A stretch of 64,000 nt of DNA, from assembly GCA_963666285.1 (NCBI GenBank), contig OY762711.1; one strand, given 5' to 3'. The stretch comes from Sedimentisphaerales bacterium (GTDB lineage: Bacteria; Planctomycetota; Phycisphaerae; Sedimentisphaerales; SM23-30). Below, piece after piece: positions 51,382-62,200 of the stretch. Position numbers and translations under genes: made by a program. Below the pieces are notes generated by a model. It worked only from the letters and a program-made list of their open reading frames with translations. It made no database searches and was not told the DNA's origin. Position 1 is the first letter of the stretch, and each line of letters begins with the position of its first letter.

Positions 51382-51442
51382 GTTTTATATATAAAACACT
51401 GTTTTATTTTTAGATTTTAACAGATTTCAACTTACTCATCAA
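51382..51442 (-). promoter_or_regulatory. Sigma70 promoter plus palindromic operator of the iclR operon
   Basis: Minus-strand TTGATG-17bp-TAAAAT (51442-51414). Overlapping palindromes GTTTTATATATAAAAC (51382-51397) and ATAAAACAcTGTTTTAT (51391-51407). Confidence 0.65.
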
Positions 51443-51783
51443 GTCTAAATAAACAAACTGGCTCATAAGCCAACATCAAAACTGCTCAAAAGGCGAATTT
51501 CGGAGAAACAGGCCTCTGCCGCATAATTGAAACACTTTGTCCAAAACCGGTCTTTAATGACAAATCTCATCATTAAATATACCACTAAATTCTTACCTAT
51601 CAGACATTTACACCAAATACTTAAGCTGACCAGACTACCAGCCTTGAGTATTGGGATCTTATATATCTTAAAACTCTATTAATAAGTAATCTAAATGAAT
51701 TTACGCGTTAAGGGCGGGTTTTCACATTGTTTTCTGGTAAAAAAAATGATTTCATAATTGATATATTTTATTGGCTCACACTA

Positions 51784-53217
51784 TTACTTATCGTCATATT
51801 TACCGAATCTAAACCGCTGAATAGACGGCTGGGTCCGCCCTTGTAACATTATTTTTTCCAGTTCCCTGGCTATACCCGGATTGTCTTTGGCAATATTATT
51901 ACTTTCTGAGATATCTTCTTCCAGGTTGTATAGTTCAAGCGGTGCATCCGGTTTCTTTTTCACGTTCTGCATTATACCTTTCCATTTCCCTTTACGTACC
52001 GCTACCTGCCCGCCATAACCGGCAAAGTCCCAAAATAGATATTCATGCTGTTTCTGCGTTTTTGTCTCTCCCATAAGAGTTGGCAAGAAACTTATGCCGT
52101 CAGAGCTGACATCAGAATCTGCATCGATCAAATCTGCCAAAGTTGCCATAATATCATAATGAGCGGAAAGATGATCGGTCACAGTACCTGGCTTTATCTT
52201 ACCCGGCCATCGCACGATCATCGGCATGCGAATACCACCTTCAAATAATGAGCCTTTAAGTCCTCGCAACTCACCAACACTTTCAAAAAATTCATAATCC
52301 ACCTGACCCTTGAGGTAAGTAGTTCCATTATCGGAGGTAAAAAATATGATAGTATCGTCTGCCAGGTCAAGCTCGTCAAGCAGAGCCATTATACGGCCAA
52401 CCTGCTTGTCAATATAAGAAATCATCGCAGCATAACAACTTCTCGGTGTTGGATGCGGAAGATATGATTTACCGGTATATGGTGTCTCCTGCCATTGGCC
52501 AATATATTCATCTATATCTTCCTGAGGAGCCTGCAATGCCAGGTGCGGCAAAACAGTTGGATAATAAATAAAGAACGGCTTATCTTTATTGTCACGTATA
52601 AACTTAAGCATTTCGTCAGCAATAACCTTCGGCGCATAATTCTTGCCGGTTAGCCCGCGGGTATTACCTTCCAGTATTCTCTGGCCTTTGTTATCATTTA
52701 GAAATTCCGGATACAGGTTATGTGCGTGCCACTGGCAATTATAGCCGAAGAAGCGATCAAATCCCATATCCATTGGATCACCGGTGGAATTTGTTATGCC
52801 AAGCCCCCACTTCCCGAATGCACCGGTAGCAAAGCCATTCTGCTTCATTACGGTTGCAATTGTAACCGTGCCAGCCGGTAAAGGAAGCTGGCCGGGGAAT
52901 TTTTCAGGACCGGTACCGCGAAAATTATCTCTCACATATGCATGACCGCCATGCAGGCCGGTCAACAAATTACAGCGAGACGGGGCACATACCGCAGAGC
53001 CGCAATAGTAGTCGGTAAATTTCATACCCTGCGATGCAAGCTTGTCAATATTCGGTGTCCTAATTTTCTTTTGGCCATAGCAGCCAAGCTCTCGATAACC
53101 CAGATCGTCAGCCATAATAAAGATGACATTAGGCTTTTCACCGGCAAATATGGTAGAGTTGAAGATAAACATCAACATATAACATGCGATAACTAATCTA
53201 GAAACTATACATTTCAT
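51784..53217 (-). CDS. Cys-type S1 sulfatase (arylsulfatase-like)
   Basis: PNVIFIMADDLGY, CAPSR, GKWGLG, TSDNG, EGGIRMP. Signal peptide. Confidence 0.9.
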   Translation of the reverse strand: MKCIVSRLVIACYMLMFIFNSTIFAGEKPNVIFIMADDLGYRELGCYGQKKIRTPNIDKLASQGMKFTDYYCGSAVCAPSRCNLLTGLHGGHAYVRDNFRGTGPEKFPGQLPLPAGTVTIATVMKQNGFATGAFGKWGLGITNSTGDPMDMGFDRFFGYNCQWHAHNLYPEFLNDNKGQRILEGNTRGLTGKNYAPKVIADEMLKFIRDNKDKPFFIYYPTVLPHLALQAPQEDIDEYIGQWQETPYTGKSYLPHPTPRSCYAAMISYIDKQVGRIMALLDELDLADDTIIFFTSDNGTTYLKGQVDYEFFESVGELRGLKGSLFEGGIRMPMIVRWPGKIKPGTVTDHLSAHYDIMATLADLIDADSDVSSDGISFLPTLMGETKTQKQHEYLFWDFAGYGGQVAVRKGKWKGIMQNVKKKPDAPLELYNLEEDISESNNIAKDNPGIARELEKIMLQGRTQPSIQRFRFGKYDDK

Positions 53218-53456
53218 ACTTTAAGTTCCTTCTTTCACAATAAATAAAAAACTAAACAAATCTAAAACATTAATGCAAAGCGGCATTAAACACATTTAAG
53301 CAATTTTAATAGACAAACAATTAGCACAAAACCAAGTAACAATAAAATAGTTCTCCTTTGGAAATCTTACTTATATTTCTAGTCAATTTCATAAGCATTT
53401 TTATTCTTACATTACTCTTCAATTGTACTTAATTACTAATCGTTGTATAACAAAAA

Positions 53457-56400
53457 TTATTTTTTAACCAGCGCAAACGCTGACACCATTAAATTTGGTC
53501 CTGACTTACATGAAGCCTTCAGTACCAACCGATTATCAAGCAAATCCTCTCGCAGCACATTCAGTTTTACCCACATACCATCTCCGTTATGCTTACCAAG
53601 TTCAAACTCTCGACCTTCAAAGTTGATAAAACCTGTTCGTCCGTTATTATTCCAGTCATGAAAATGCACATACAGGTCATACATATCAGGTTTACTACTT
53701 TCAATCTCTAAAGCTAGAGATGGAGAACCCCACCAGGCTGAAGATATACTATCCTTCCAAACTGCACCACAATCAACCTTATAGTTGAAACCATCATCGG
53801 CCTGAACCAAATCGACTTTGCGGTTCCAGTCAACATTGCCTTTACCCAGAGGATAAGCTCCCGCACGAACATACATCACTGCATTCTCAAATTCTTTCGG
53901 CACCTTCACCTTGGTTAATTCTTCGACAACCGGAAAATATTCCCTGAACTTATCATGGCTGATTTCAAATCCAGGTATAAAACTACCGCCTCCGACATAA
54001 CTAAACAGACTTTTCCTGAGCTGCCGTGCTGCCGGACGCTTATCCAGGCCATCCACAATATTATACCCGCAAACCAGCAGTTTGCCGCCCTTTGCGGTCT
54101 TAAATTCAAATATTGAACCCAGCTTATGATTAAAATGAAAATCGCTTACAGGCTGTACAATAGGCAGATACTCTCCTGGCTGATCATCAAGCACAAAACC
54201 ACGGGCGTCAGTACATATCTGCTTCCATTGCCAGTCGAGATGATCATCAGTAGGAAATTCAGCCATCGCGGCGTGCTTTGACTGTACCAATGCTCCCAGG
54301 GTATCACGGTTCTGACCTGGGAAAAATCTGGACGACCAGAACAACGGCATCCAGGCAGCATGCTTACTACTGCCAAATTTATGCCCCAGCAGTATCACTC
54401 GCTTACCTTTATCTAATTCCGCCCAGGCCTGTTCAGGATCATCTGTCACTATCAAATCACCTGCCGCTTCTGCAACCACTTCATCTGGGAATACCCATAT
54501 GTCCCAGCAATTTCTGAATGCTGTTTGCTCCAGTTCAACCTCAAGCTTCAACTTAGCCGGCTTATCGATAGCGTCCAATAAATATGTTATCTTTTCTACA
54601 TCCGTTACCTTACCAACACCAAAACTCATCATATCAGATTTACCATCTTTCAGTATGTTACGAGAATCATCTATCAGCTTCCAGCTCACCGTAGAATCTA
54701 AAGCCTTTGCACCCCAATGCGAAACCTGTACCAGCACATTAAACTCTTCACTGCTTGTCCAGACAAACTTATCAAATCTCGCCAGCGGAACTGTTGTATT
54801 GCTGTACTGACGAAAGAATTCCGGTGTTACAATACCTTTGCTCTCATAAAACGTATCCAGCCAGCCGACCAGTGCCTCACCCTGACCCGGAAAATCCTGC
54901 ATACTCAGCCAGCTGACGCCTGCACACCCTTCCGAACGCAGCAAAGCCTCCATTTCATTCTTATATATTATCCGGTTCATCGCACCGGAAGCCATCTGTA
55001 AATCGGTACTCTGATGTTCAATCCCGTTTTTTCTGGCCATTTCACGAAATATCGAAAAATTAGTCGCCGCTAACGGTCCGGCGTACTTATCGATCTCATT
55101 CCAGTCCGGATACACCGGCATCTGCCCCGCTTCATGGGCAATTATCGGCACCGGGGCCCGCCCGTAATTCTTCTGATAATCCCAGTTGGTATGATCAACT
55201 CCCAGCCGATTCACCACCGAACCAATTCCAGGAATATTATGAGTATCTGAAAAGTCATCATACGGCGTTATTGTCCGTGCTGTTGAGGCGGCATATAAAC
55301 GACGTGGATCACGCTCCTTCTCTTCCCTTATCCATTCACCAATAACCTCGAAATCACTAGAACCAAGCTCATTACCAATAGCAAAGAAACAGAACGAAGG
55401 ATGGTTACCATATCTATCCAGCATACGTTTCATCTCAGCCCGAGTGTATTCATCGATTGTCCGGTCCGCTTTCCCAACACCTTTCGGATACCCCGGAGTA
55501 TCCATATCCTTACGCTTGTTCGGCCCTCCCATCCACCTGTCGACCCAAAGTACTTCCGGCTCCAGGTACATACCCATCTCATCTGCCGCGATAAACGCCG
55601 CCTCAGGCGGACACCAGGAATGGAAACGGATCTGATTCAAGCCATACTCCCGGCAAACTTTATATACTCTGGACCAACCTTCAACCGTCATCGGCGGATG
55701 ACCCGTCAGCGGATACTGGCCGCAATCCAGGTTGCCGCGCATAAATGACGGCCGTCCATTTATTATCAGCTTATTCCCATCATCGGCGATCGTACGAAAT
55801 CCAAACCTTATCTGCCTGGTATCATTATGCCCATTACTTATAAATGTCAGATTTGCCGTATAAAGATTTGGAGAAAACTCATCCCATTGATCCGGCTCAT
55901 CTTTTAACCGAACTACAATTCTTGCGATCTTTTCCTTAGAACAAAACTCCTGGAGCAAAACAACACAATCTGCAATTATTTTGCCAGACTTCTCTACTAT
56001 ATCAACCGACAGCTTTCCACCTGTTGTAATTCCTGTATCATTTATTATCTCCGCCTCAAATTCTACCTTTCTTCCTTCTGCATCTGGAAATAAACGCACC
56101 ACTCCCAGCCTTGTCGGAGCCAATGCCCGCATCTCCAATCGCCCCACAATACCATTCCATTTACTCTGGGTAAACTCAGTATAGCAGTGACCCCGGTCGC
56201 CAATCGGATGAATCATCCTGTTGTCTACTCTGACCGTCAGCAAATGCCTGCCGGGTTTCAATGCATCAGAATAATGAACATGTGGGGTCCCAAGTGAATC
56301 CTTAGCTCCGCAGAAATTATCATCTATCCATACCCTGCTCTCCCACAATACACGTTCCAGTGTCAGTTCAATACTCTTATCGTTCCAACTTTCCGGTATG

Positions 56401-56702
56401 TCAATATAACGTTGATACCATGCAGCACCAATATACTTATGTTTACGGGTAAGATAGCCGGGATTAGGATTCTCTTCTCTAATGCCAATTCCGGCAAGAT
56501 CAGTCGTACCAGGCAAGGAAATAATACCATCATTATCAAACTCACCATGATACCAATTCTGTTTTATTCCTTCATCCTCAGAATCCAGCTTGTACTTCCA
56601 ATTTCCGGAAATATCTATAACATCCCCACCTTTGACAAATGAAAAGCACAAACATAATAAAAGTAAGATTAAATATTTTATATAATTACACATAATCGAC
56701 AT
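53457..56702 (-). CDS. GH2-family glycoside hydrolase (large, secreted)
   Basis: GAAWYQR, WNGIVG, WDEFSPNLY, IRFHSWCPPEAAF, GNHPSF..GNE, IAHE. Confidence 0.8.
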   Translation of the reverse strand: MSIMCNYIKYLILLLLCLCFSFVKGGDVIDISGNWKYKLDSEDEGIKQNWYHGEFDNDGIISLPGTTDLAGIGIREENPNPGYLTRKHKYIGAAWYQRYIDIPESWNDKSIELTLERVLWESRVWIDDNFCGAKDSLGTPHVHYSDALKPGRHLLTVRVDNRMIHPIGDRGHCYTEFTQSKWNGIVGRLEMRALAPTRLGVVRLFPDAEGRKVEFEAEIINDTGITTGGKLSVDIVEKSGKIIADCVVLLQEFCSKEKIARIVVRLKDEPDQWDEFSPNLYTANLTFISNGHNDTRQIRFGFRTIADDGNKLIINGRPSFMRGNLDCGQYPLTGHPPMTVEGWSRVYKVCREYGLNQIRFHSWCPPEAAFIAADEMGMYLEPEVLWVDRWMGGPNKRKDMDTPGYPKGVGKADRTIDEYTRAEMKRMLDRYGNHPSFCFFAIGNELGSSDFEVIGEWIREEKERDPRRLYAASTARTITPYDDFSDTHNIPGIGSVVNRLGVDHTNWDYQKNYGRAPVPIIAHEAGQMPVYPDWNEIDKYAGPLAATNFSIFREMARKNGIEHQSTDLQMASGAMNRIIYKNEMEALLRSEGCAGVSWLSMQDFPGQGEALVGWLDTFYESKGIVTPEFFRQYSNTTVPLARFDKFVWTSSEEFNVLVQVSHWGAKALDSTVSWKLIDDSRNILKDGKSDMMSFGVGKVTDVEKITYLLDAIDKPAKLKLEVELEQTAFRNCWDIWVFPDEVVAEAAGDLIVTDDPEQAWAELDKGKRVILLGHKFGSSKHAAWMPLFWSSRFFPGQNRDTLGALVQSKHAAMAEFPTDDHLDWQWKQICTDARGFVLDDQPGEYLPIVQPVSDFHFNHKLGSIFEFKTAKGGKLLVCGYNIVDGLDKRPAARQLRKSLFSYVGGGSFIPGFEISHDKFREYFPVVEELTKVKVPKEFENAVMYVRAGAYPLGKGNVDWNRKVDLVQADDGFNYKVDCGAVWKDSISSAWWGSPSLALEIESSKPDMYDLYVHFHDWNNNGRTGFINFEGREFELGKHNGDGMWVKLNVLREDLLDNRLVLKASCKSGPNLMVSAFALVKK

Positions 56703-56713
56703 TATTCATAAAT

Positions 56714-58189
56714 TCAACATACAGAATTCACCCAGGGATCGTTGTATTGGACCAGCTTCTTATCGAGGATTTTTCGCAACTTTAGAACCAGTTGCTGCTC
56801 ATTATTTGCGACGTTCTCCAGTTGGTATGGATCTTTAACATTATTATGCAGGAAAACCTCCTCAGATTTGCCCTTTGTTTTGCTAACAACAAAAGTGTAC
56901 ATGGAGTTTCGTATGCCGCGTCGGCCCCACTCCGATTTACCATCATCTGCCCACATATACCATTGCCATTCCGGGCGGGTACCTGATCCTGTGAGGAATT
57001 GGTGAGCATAGCTTTTACCGTCCACTGCGTCTGGAATATCAGATTTAAACCCGGCCAAATCCAACATTGTTGGACAAATATCCATACCAGAAAACAACAG
57101 GCTGTCTTTACGAGGTTCGATCCTGCCCGGCCATCGAATTAAAAACGGTATTCTCATAGATTCTTCATAGTGATTATTCTTGGAAATCTCGTCGTGAATT
57201 CCAAGGCAGTTACCGTGATCTGAGGTAAAGATTACGATAGTATCCTGCTCGAGGTTTTGTTCCTTTAATGCAGCAAGAATCCGGCCAAACTGTTCGTCTA
57301 CCCCTGTAATCATAGCATAATAATGCTTTATATTATTGCGATAATATTTGCCAAACCTGGTATCAGCATCCGGTATATTAAGCCGAGAACAAAGCTCTTC
57401 CAGAGGCTTGTCCTTATAAGAATTAACGTATTTTTGAGGAACCAGCTTATAGGGCATATGCGGCGGATTCATAGAGACCACAAGAGCAAACGGTTTACCG
57501 GCAGCTCGATAATTTCCACCATCATTATTAATGTATTTTATCGCCAAATCGGCTTCATGTTCCGGTGACCATTGATCGACATAACTAAATTCATCTCGGG
57601 AAACATCGGTGCTCCAATACATAGGTCGGTTGTGCTGGTCATATGTACCATAAGCATACCAGAAATCGAAACCGTGACGGCGGTTTGGCGGACACCACTC
57701 GTTCCAGGCAAATTTTTCACTGTTATTACTACACTTGATATAAGGTTTGTGCGGTGAATCCAGATGCCATTTGCCGATATAGCCAAGACTATAACCTTTA
57801 CTTTTAAATACATCAGACCAGCATCGGTCGGTTTCCTGCAGCTCACAATCATATGGGGCACTGCCGGTATTGCAGTTACCGGTAACCTTATTGGCATGCG
57901 GGTAGCGGCCGGTCATAAGCATGGCACGAAACGGACTGCATACCGGATAATTGCTGACCGCCTGTGGAAGCACCAGCGATTCTGCGGCGAAACTATCCAA
58001 ATTCGGCGTAAGTACCGGTTCCTCACCCAAAAAGCCCATCGCCTGACCTCGCATCTGGTCAGGAAATACAAATACAATATTCGGGGCATTTTTCCTGCCA
58101 TTACTATAAAAGTCAACATTATCCTGGCAACCGTTCATGGTAGCTGCTGCAGTTAAGCCTACTGCCTTAAGAAAGTCTCGACGATCCAT
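56714..58189 (-). CDS. Cys-type S1 sulfatase, Tat-exported
   Basis: MDRRDFLK Tat motif; CSPFR; GKWHL; FTSDHG. Confidence 0.9.
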   Translation of the reverse strand: MDRRDFLKAVGLTAAATMNGCQDNVDFYSNGRKNAPNIVFVFPDQMRGQAMGFLGEEPVLTPNLDSFAAESLVLPQAVSNYPVCSPFRAMLMTGRYPHANKVTGNCNTGSAPYDCELQETDRCWSDVFKSKGYSLGYIGKWHLDSPHKPYIKCSNNSEKFAWNEWCPPNRRHGFDFWYAYGTYDQHNRPMYWSTDVSRDEFSYVDQWSPEHEADLAIKYINNDGGNYRAAGKPFALVVSMNPPHMPYKLVPQKYVNSYKDKPLEELCSRLNIPDADTRFGKYYRNNIKHYYAMITGVDEQFGRILAALKEQNLEQDTIVIFTSDHGNCLGIHDEISKNNHYEESMRIPFLIRWPGRIEPRKDSLLFSGMDICPTMLDLAGFKSDIPDAVDGKSYAHQFLTGSGTRPEWQWYMWADDGKSEWGRRGIRNSMYTFVVSKTKGKSEEVFLHNNVKDPYQLENVANNEQQLVLKLRKILDKKLVQYNDPWVNSVC

Positions 58190-58278
58190 AATGGTTCCTT
58201 TACTGCTATCAACATCCTGACTTTTATATAGAAAACATATACCTTTCCAGGAAAACGCAATTTAGATTAAATAGAATT

Positions 58279-59061
58279 TTATTTATAAATTGGAGAACCA
58301 TCATCTCTGGTTCGTTCGCCAGTACATTTAAAGGTTTTATGCCACTTAAGTGCCCAAAGATTCTTAAGTTCTACAGGACGCTGAGAACCATCAACAAAAC
58401 CAACATTAATTTTACCGTCATGCCGATCTATTAGATATCTGCTCATTCCGCCGGCTGATGTTGTATCACTACCCAAAAGGTTAAATCCTGCCGGACAGGA
58501 ATCAGTATCTTCCACTTTTGAGTCAAGCCATTTTGAGTCAGCAAAAACCGGAGTTAAACTGGTCATCTTTACCTGGCTATAATCTTTATATTTCTTTAAT
58601 GGATCAAGGCTGTTTAAATTAGAATAGAACCAACCATTGATGGAATAACAACCTTCTTCTGCTATATCCATGCCGTCCCAATACCAAACCCAGCTTTTCT
58701 TTGCAGTTCCATATTGGTAACTCTTAATATCTTCCATTTTTTCCAACCTGGCCTTGGTCCTGTGGCACATACGGGCTTCATCAATTTCATCCATATATTT
58801 TGTGAGTTTATTCACCCATAATCCAGATCCATAACTATACTCCGGCATTTTTCCTTCATTAGCTTCCGTATACATAATGGAAGCAAGCTGCATAGTTTTA
58901 AGATTAGTAAGACACATTACATCTTTAGCACTGTTTCTGGCTTTGCTCAATGCCGGCATAAGTATAGAAACAAGTAATGCAATAATAGATATAACGACCA
59001 GCAGCTCTATTAGAGTAAAAGCTTTAGCGATTTGATTACGTTTGGAATTCATTTTCGGCAC
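58279..59061 (-). CDS. Prepilin-type N-terminal cleavage/methylation protein with H-X9-DG motif (DUF1559-like)
   Basis: [36 protein letters not shown]-terminal [13 protein letters not shown]. Confidence 0.88.
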   Translation of the reverse strand: MPKMNSKRNQIAKAFTLIELLVVISIIALLVSILMPALSKARNSAKDVMCLTNLKTMQLASIMYTEANEGKMPEYSYGSGLWVNKLTKYMDEIDEARMCHRTKARLEKMEDIKSYQYGTAKKSWVWYWDGMDIAEEGCYSINGWFYSNLNSLDPLKKYKDYSQVKMTSLTPVFADSKWLDSKVEDTDSCPAGFNLLGSDTTSAGGMSRYLIDRHDGKINVGFVDGSQRPVELKNLWALKWHKTFKCTGERTRDDGSPIYK

Positions 59062-59207
59062 CTCGTGAAAATTGCATATATATTTATGTAGATATACTTA
59101 CTCATAATGACAAGTTATCATAATGAGTTTTAACAAAAAATAATGCACACCATTTCCAGTTAAACAAATATTCAATAATATCAAAAAACAGGTTAACTGC
59201 GTTTGCA

Positions 59208-62200
59208 TTATTTGCCGTCAATCCAATTATAGGCAAATATCTGCAAATCAGAAAAGTCAACATTTCTATCGTTATTTAGATCACATCCACCACATAATGG
59301 ATAGTCTCCACATTCTTTTATCTGCCACATTGACGCAAAGTTCGCAAAATCTTCTAAACCCATATCCCCCCAATAAAGATTATGTACTGTAACATCAACA
59401 TCAACAAGACTAACACCTTCCAGTGCATCAACAATTTGTATCGTTAACTGTTCAGTACCAATATCTGATGAGCCAGGAATACCTGAAATAATACCACCAG
59501 ATGTGATATCCATCCAGGCAGGTCCGGAAACTTTGCTGAACAAAAGTGGGTCACCTTCCGGATCGGATACAAGAGAAGTAATAACTGCATGATAATCTAT
59601 CCCTTCAAGACCATCATCTATATCAAATGGATCAGCAATCTTTGGCAGAGAATTTATCTTTTGGCGACCTAAATCATATATATCAGCTATCTCATTTGAT
59701 TCAAGTGAGCGTTTCCAAACAGTAACTTCATCTGCATAACCTTTGAAAGATCTATATGAATAGTCACGCCCAAGATATGTTATACCATCAAACTCTTCTA
59801 TATCGTGTGAAACATTATTAACCACACTTTTATCATTTACATAAAGAGTTGCTTTGGAAGGTTCGATTACCAATGCTATAAATGTCCACTCATTGTCTGG
59901 TATATCAAGGTTTGAAACAAAATTATAAGAACCGGCACTTCCATTCCAATGATAACCTAACTGGTTGGTAGTACCTTTGAAATTCATTCCGGCGGTCGTC
60001 GATCCTGCCCTGGAAAATAAGATGCCAGCATAACTTTGTTGACTTCCACTTCGTTTTATCCAGGCTGTCATTGTTACTGTATTGGAATCAAGATTGAGCG
60101 GAGGAATCTCGACATAGTTACCAGCGCCCCCGCAATATACAGACTGACCGACATAACCTGCCAGACCAAGTTTAGCATTGATATTAGAAGAATCATATTT
60201 ATCCGGACCAGACATGTCTTTAATCGCATTTCCGGTACGATGATCATCATCAAATGTATAAAAGGCGACCAACTCTTTGCCAGTTACAGAAACTTTGATA
60301 TTACCTGAAAAAGTATTATTATACCCATTTTTTACGGTATATGGAATCGTAGCCTCTCCTTCAAAACCGGCTTCAGAAGTAAATGTCCAGGTTCCATTTC
60401 CATTACTTACAACAGCACCATTAGTCGGAGTACCTATTGAAACCAAAAACTTGCTCCCCTGGAAACTGTAATCATTTACAGAAGGATCGGTGATTACAAC
60501 AGAACCGCCAGAGGGCACACTATATGAATCTGCAATTACCTCAAGCATGTTCCATTCAGGTAAATCGTTAAGACTGCTGATCGCTGAGCTGCTGACACCA
60601 AAGTCCCAATCAACAAAGAACGGGCTAAGGTCGTAACCAACCTGCCTGGAGAACCTAGTCATAAACTGATCCCATTCCTGCTGATCAGTAGCAGGAAGAG
60701 CCGATGGATTGGAAACTTCATCATCCAGATATGTCTGAAAAGTAGCTTTGAACGCCTCCCAGCCAAAGATCTCCTTTAGCTGAACATACATATCAAGCCG
60801 TTCGCCAAGACCTGTTTCATCGAATCCACCTGCTGAAACTGCTGCTTCAAACATTTCGACTCGTCTGGAAGGGTTCCACATACGACTCCAGCCGTCAGAA
60901 GCCTTACCGGAATCACAAACAGATTCGATAGCTGCCATAGTAAATATATTAACGGTAACCTCGCCGGTTCGACCGTCAGTCCAGTATCCGCTCTGATGCA
61001 GATGTCCAGTCTCATGATACGCCCCCCAGCATCCGCCGGCTTCCATAGCGTCATAATCGCCAAAGTCCCACCCCCAACCGCCAATGGGGTATCCGGCATA
61101 TCCGCTTCCCCAGGCTGTCTGTACCATACTGTACATTCTCATCGGGCGGGTTCTCTTGCCGGTCAGATTAGCAAGATCATCCTGGGCGGCAATGCCATCG
61201 TGCCAGAATGTCATAAGCTCTTCCGGCTTTGCGAGATCGATTATGTCAGTTTTAGGCACAGAAATAATCATATTTCCGCTTATCAGTTCTCCATAAGGTG
61301 CCGGTTTATCTCGTAAGGTATTAATCCAGTCTGCATTTGTATGATATCCCAGGACAAAAATCGGAGCCTCTATTGCATTTGAAATTGTAACACTGAAATC
61401 TCCGGGCACAGTATTCCTTGGCACAATGATATAAATAAGACCACCATAAGGATTACCAACAGAAACACTTGCCTGATCCAGAGAAAATTCCGTACTCGTG
61501 CCAAATGGCATACGGAGATACGAACCGCGACTGCTGACATCGTTCCAGTCACCATTTATCTTTGCTTTCAGACCATCGACGGTTAAAGATGAAGGAACAC
61601 TAATTGTCACAATCTCACCGGGAACTGCATACAAACCGGTACTCAGCCATATTACACTATCATTGCCACGAGTATCCCTGCCTTTCTGGCTAACATTATA
61701 ACTTCTTGTGATCGAAACTCTTGGGGCATCAGAAGGAATAACACCGTAGACAGGTACAGCTGACCTGTGAGCAGTCATTTGTTCAACCGGGGTATTTTGC
61801 AGTATCGAACATTCTCGTCTCAATAAAGCCTTGTCAAATGAATCTGAAACCGGATTGGAAGGAGAAGGTATTATACTGTTTATACGTTCATAAAACTTTT
61901 CGTCAAGTCTTGCCAGGAGATTATCACCTTCTTTAAGAACATCGAACATTCTACCCATCACAGTTCCACCGATATCTAAATTAGTTGAGCTGTAGCCGGA
62001 TGAATCATCTAGCATCTTTATCACATCTTCAGCTGTTGTCTGGCCTGACGAACGACTTATACTCAGACTGCCGCCGCCTTCATTAGCAAAGCCAATACCC
62101 GCCTGACGTAATATCCTGTTCCCAGGTGCATTTTTTATACCGGTACCGGTCCACCACATAATATAACCCGGACCATAATCAGCCAGAAATAATGCACCGC

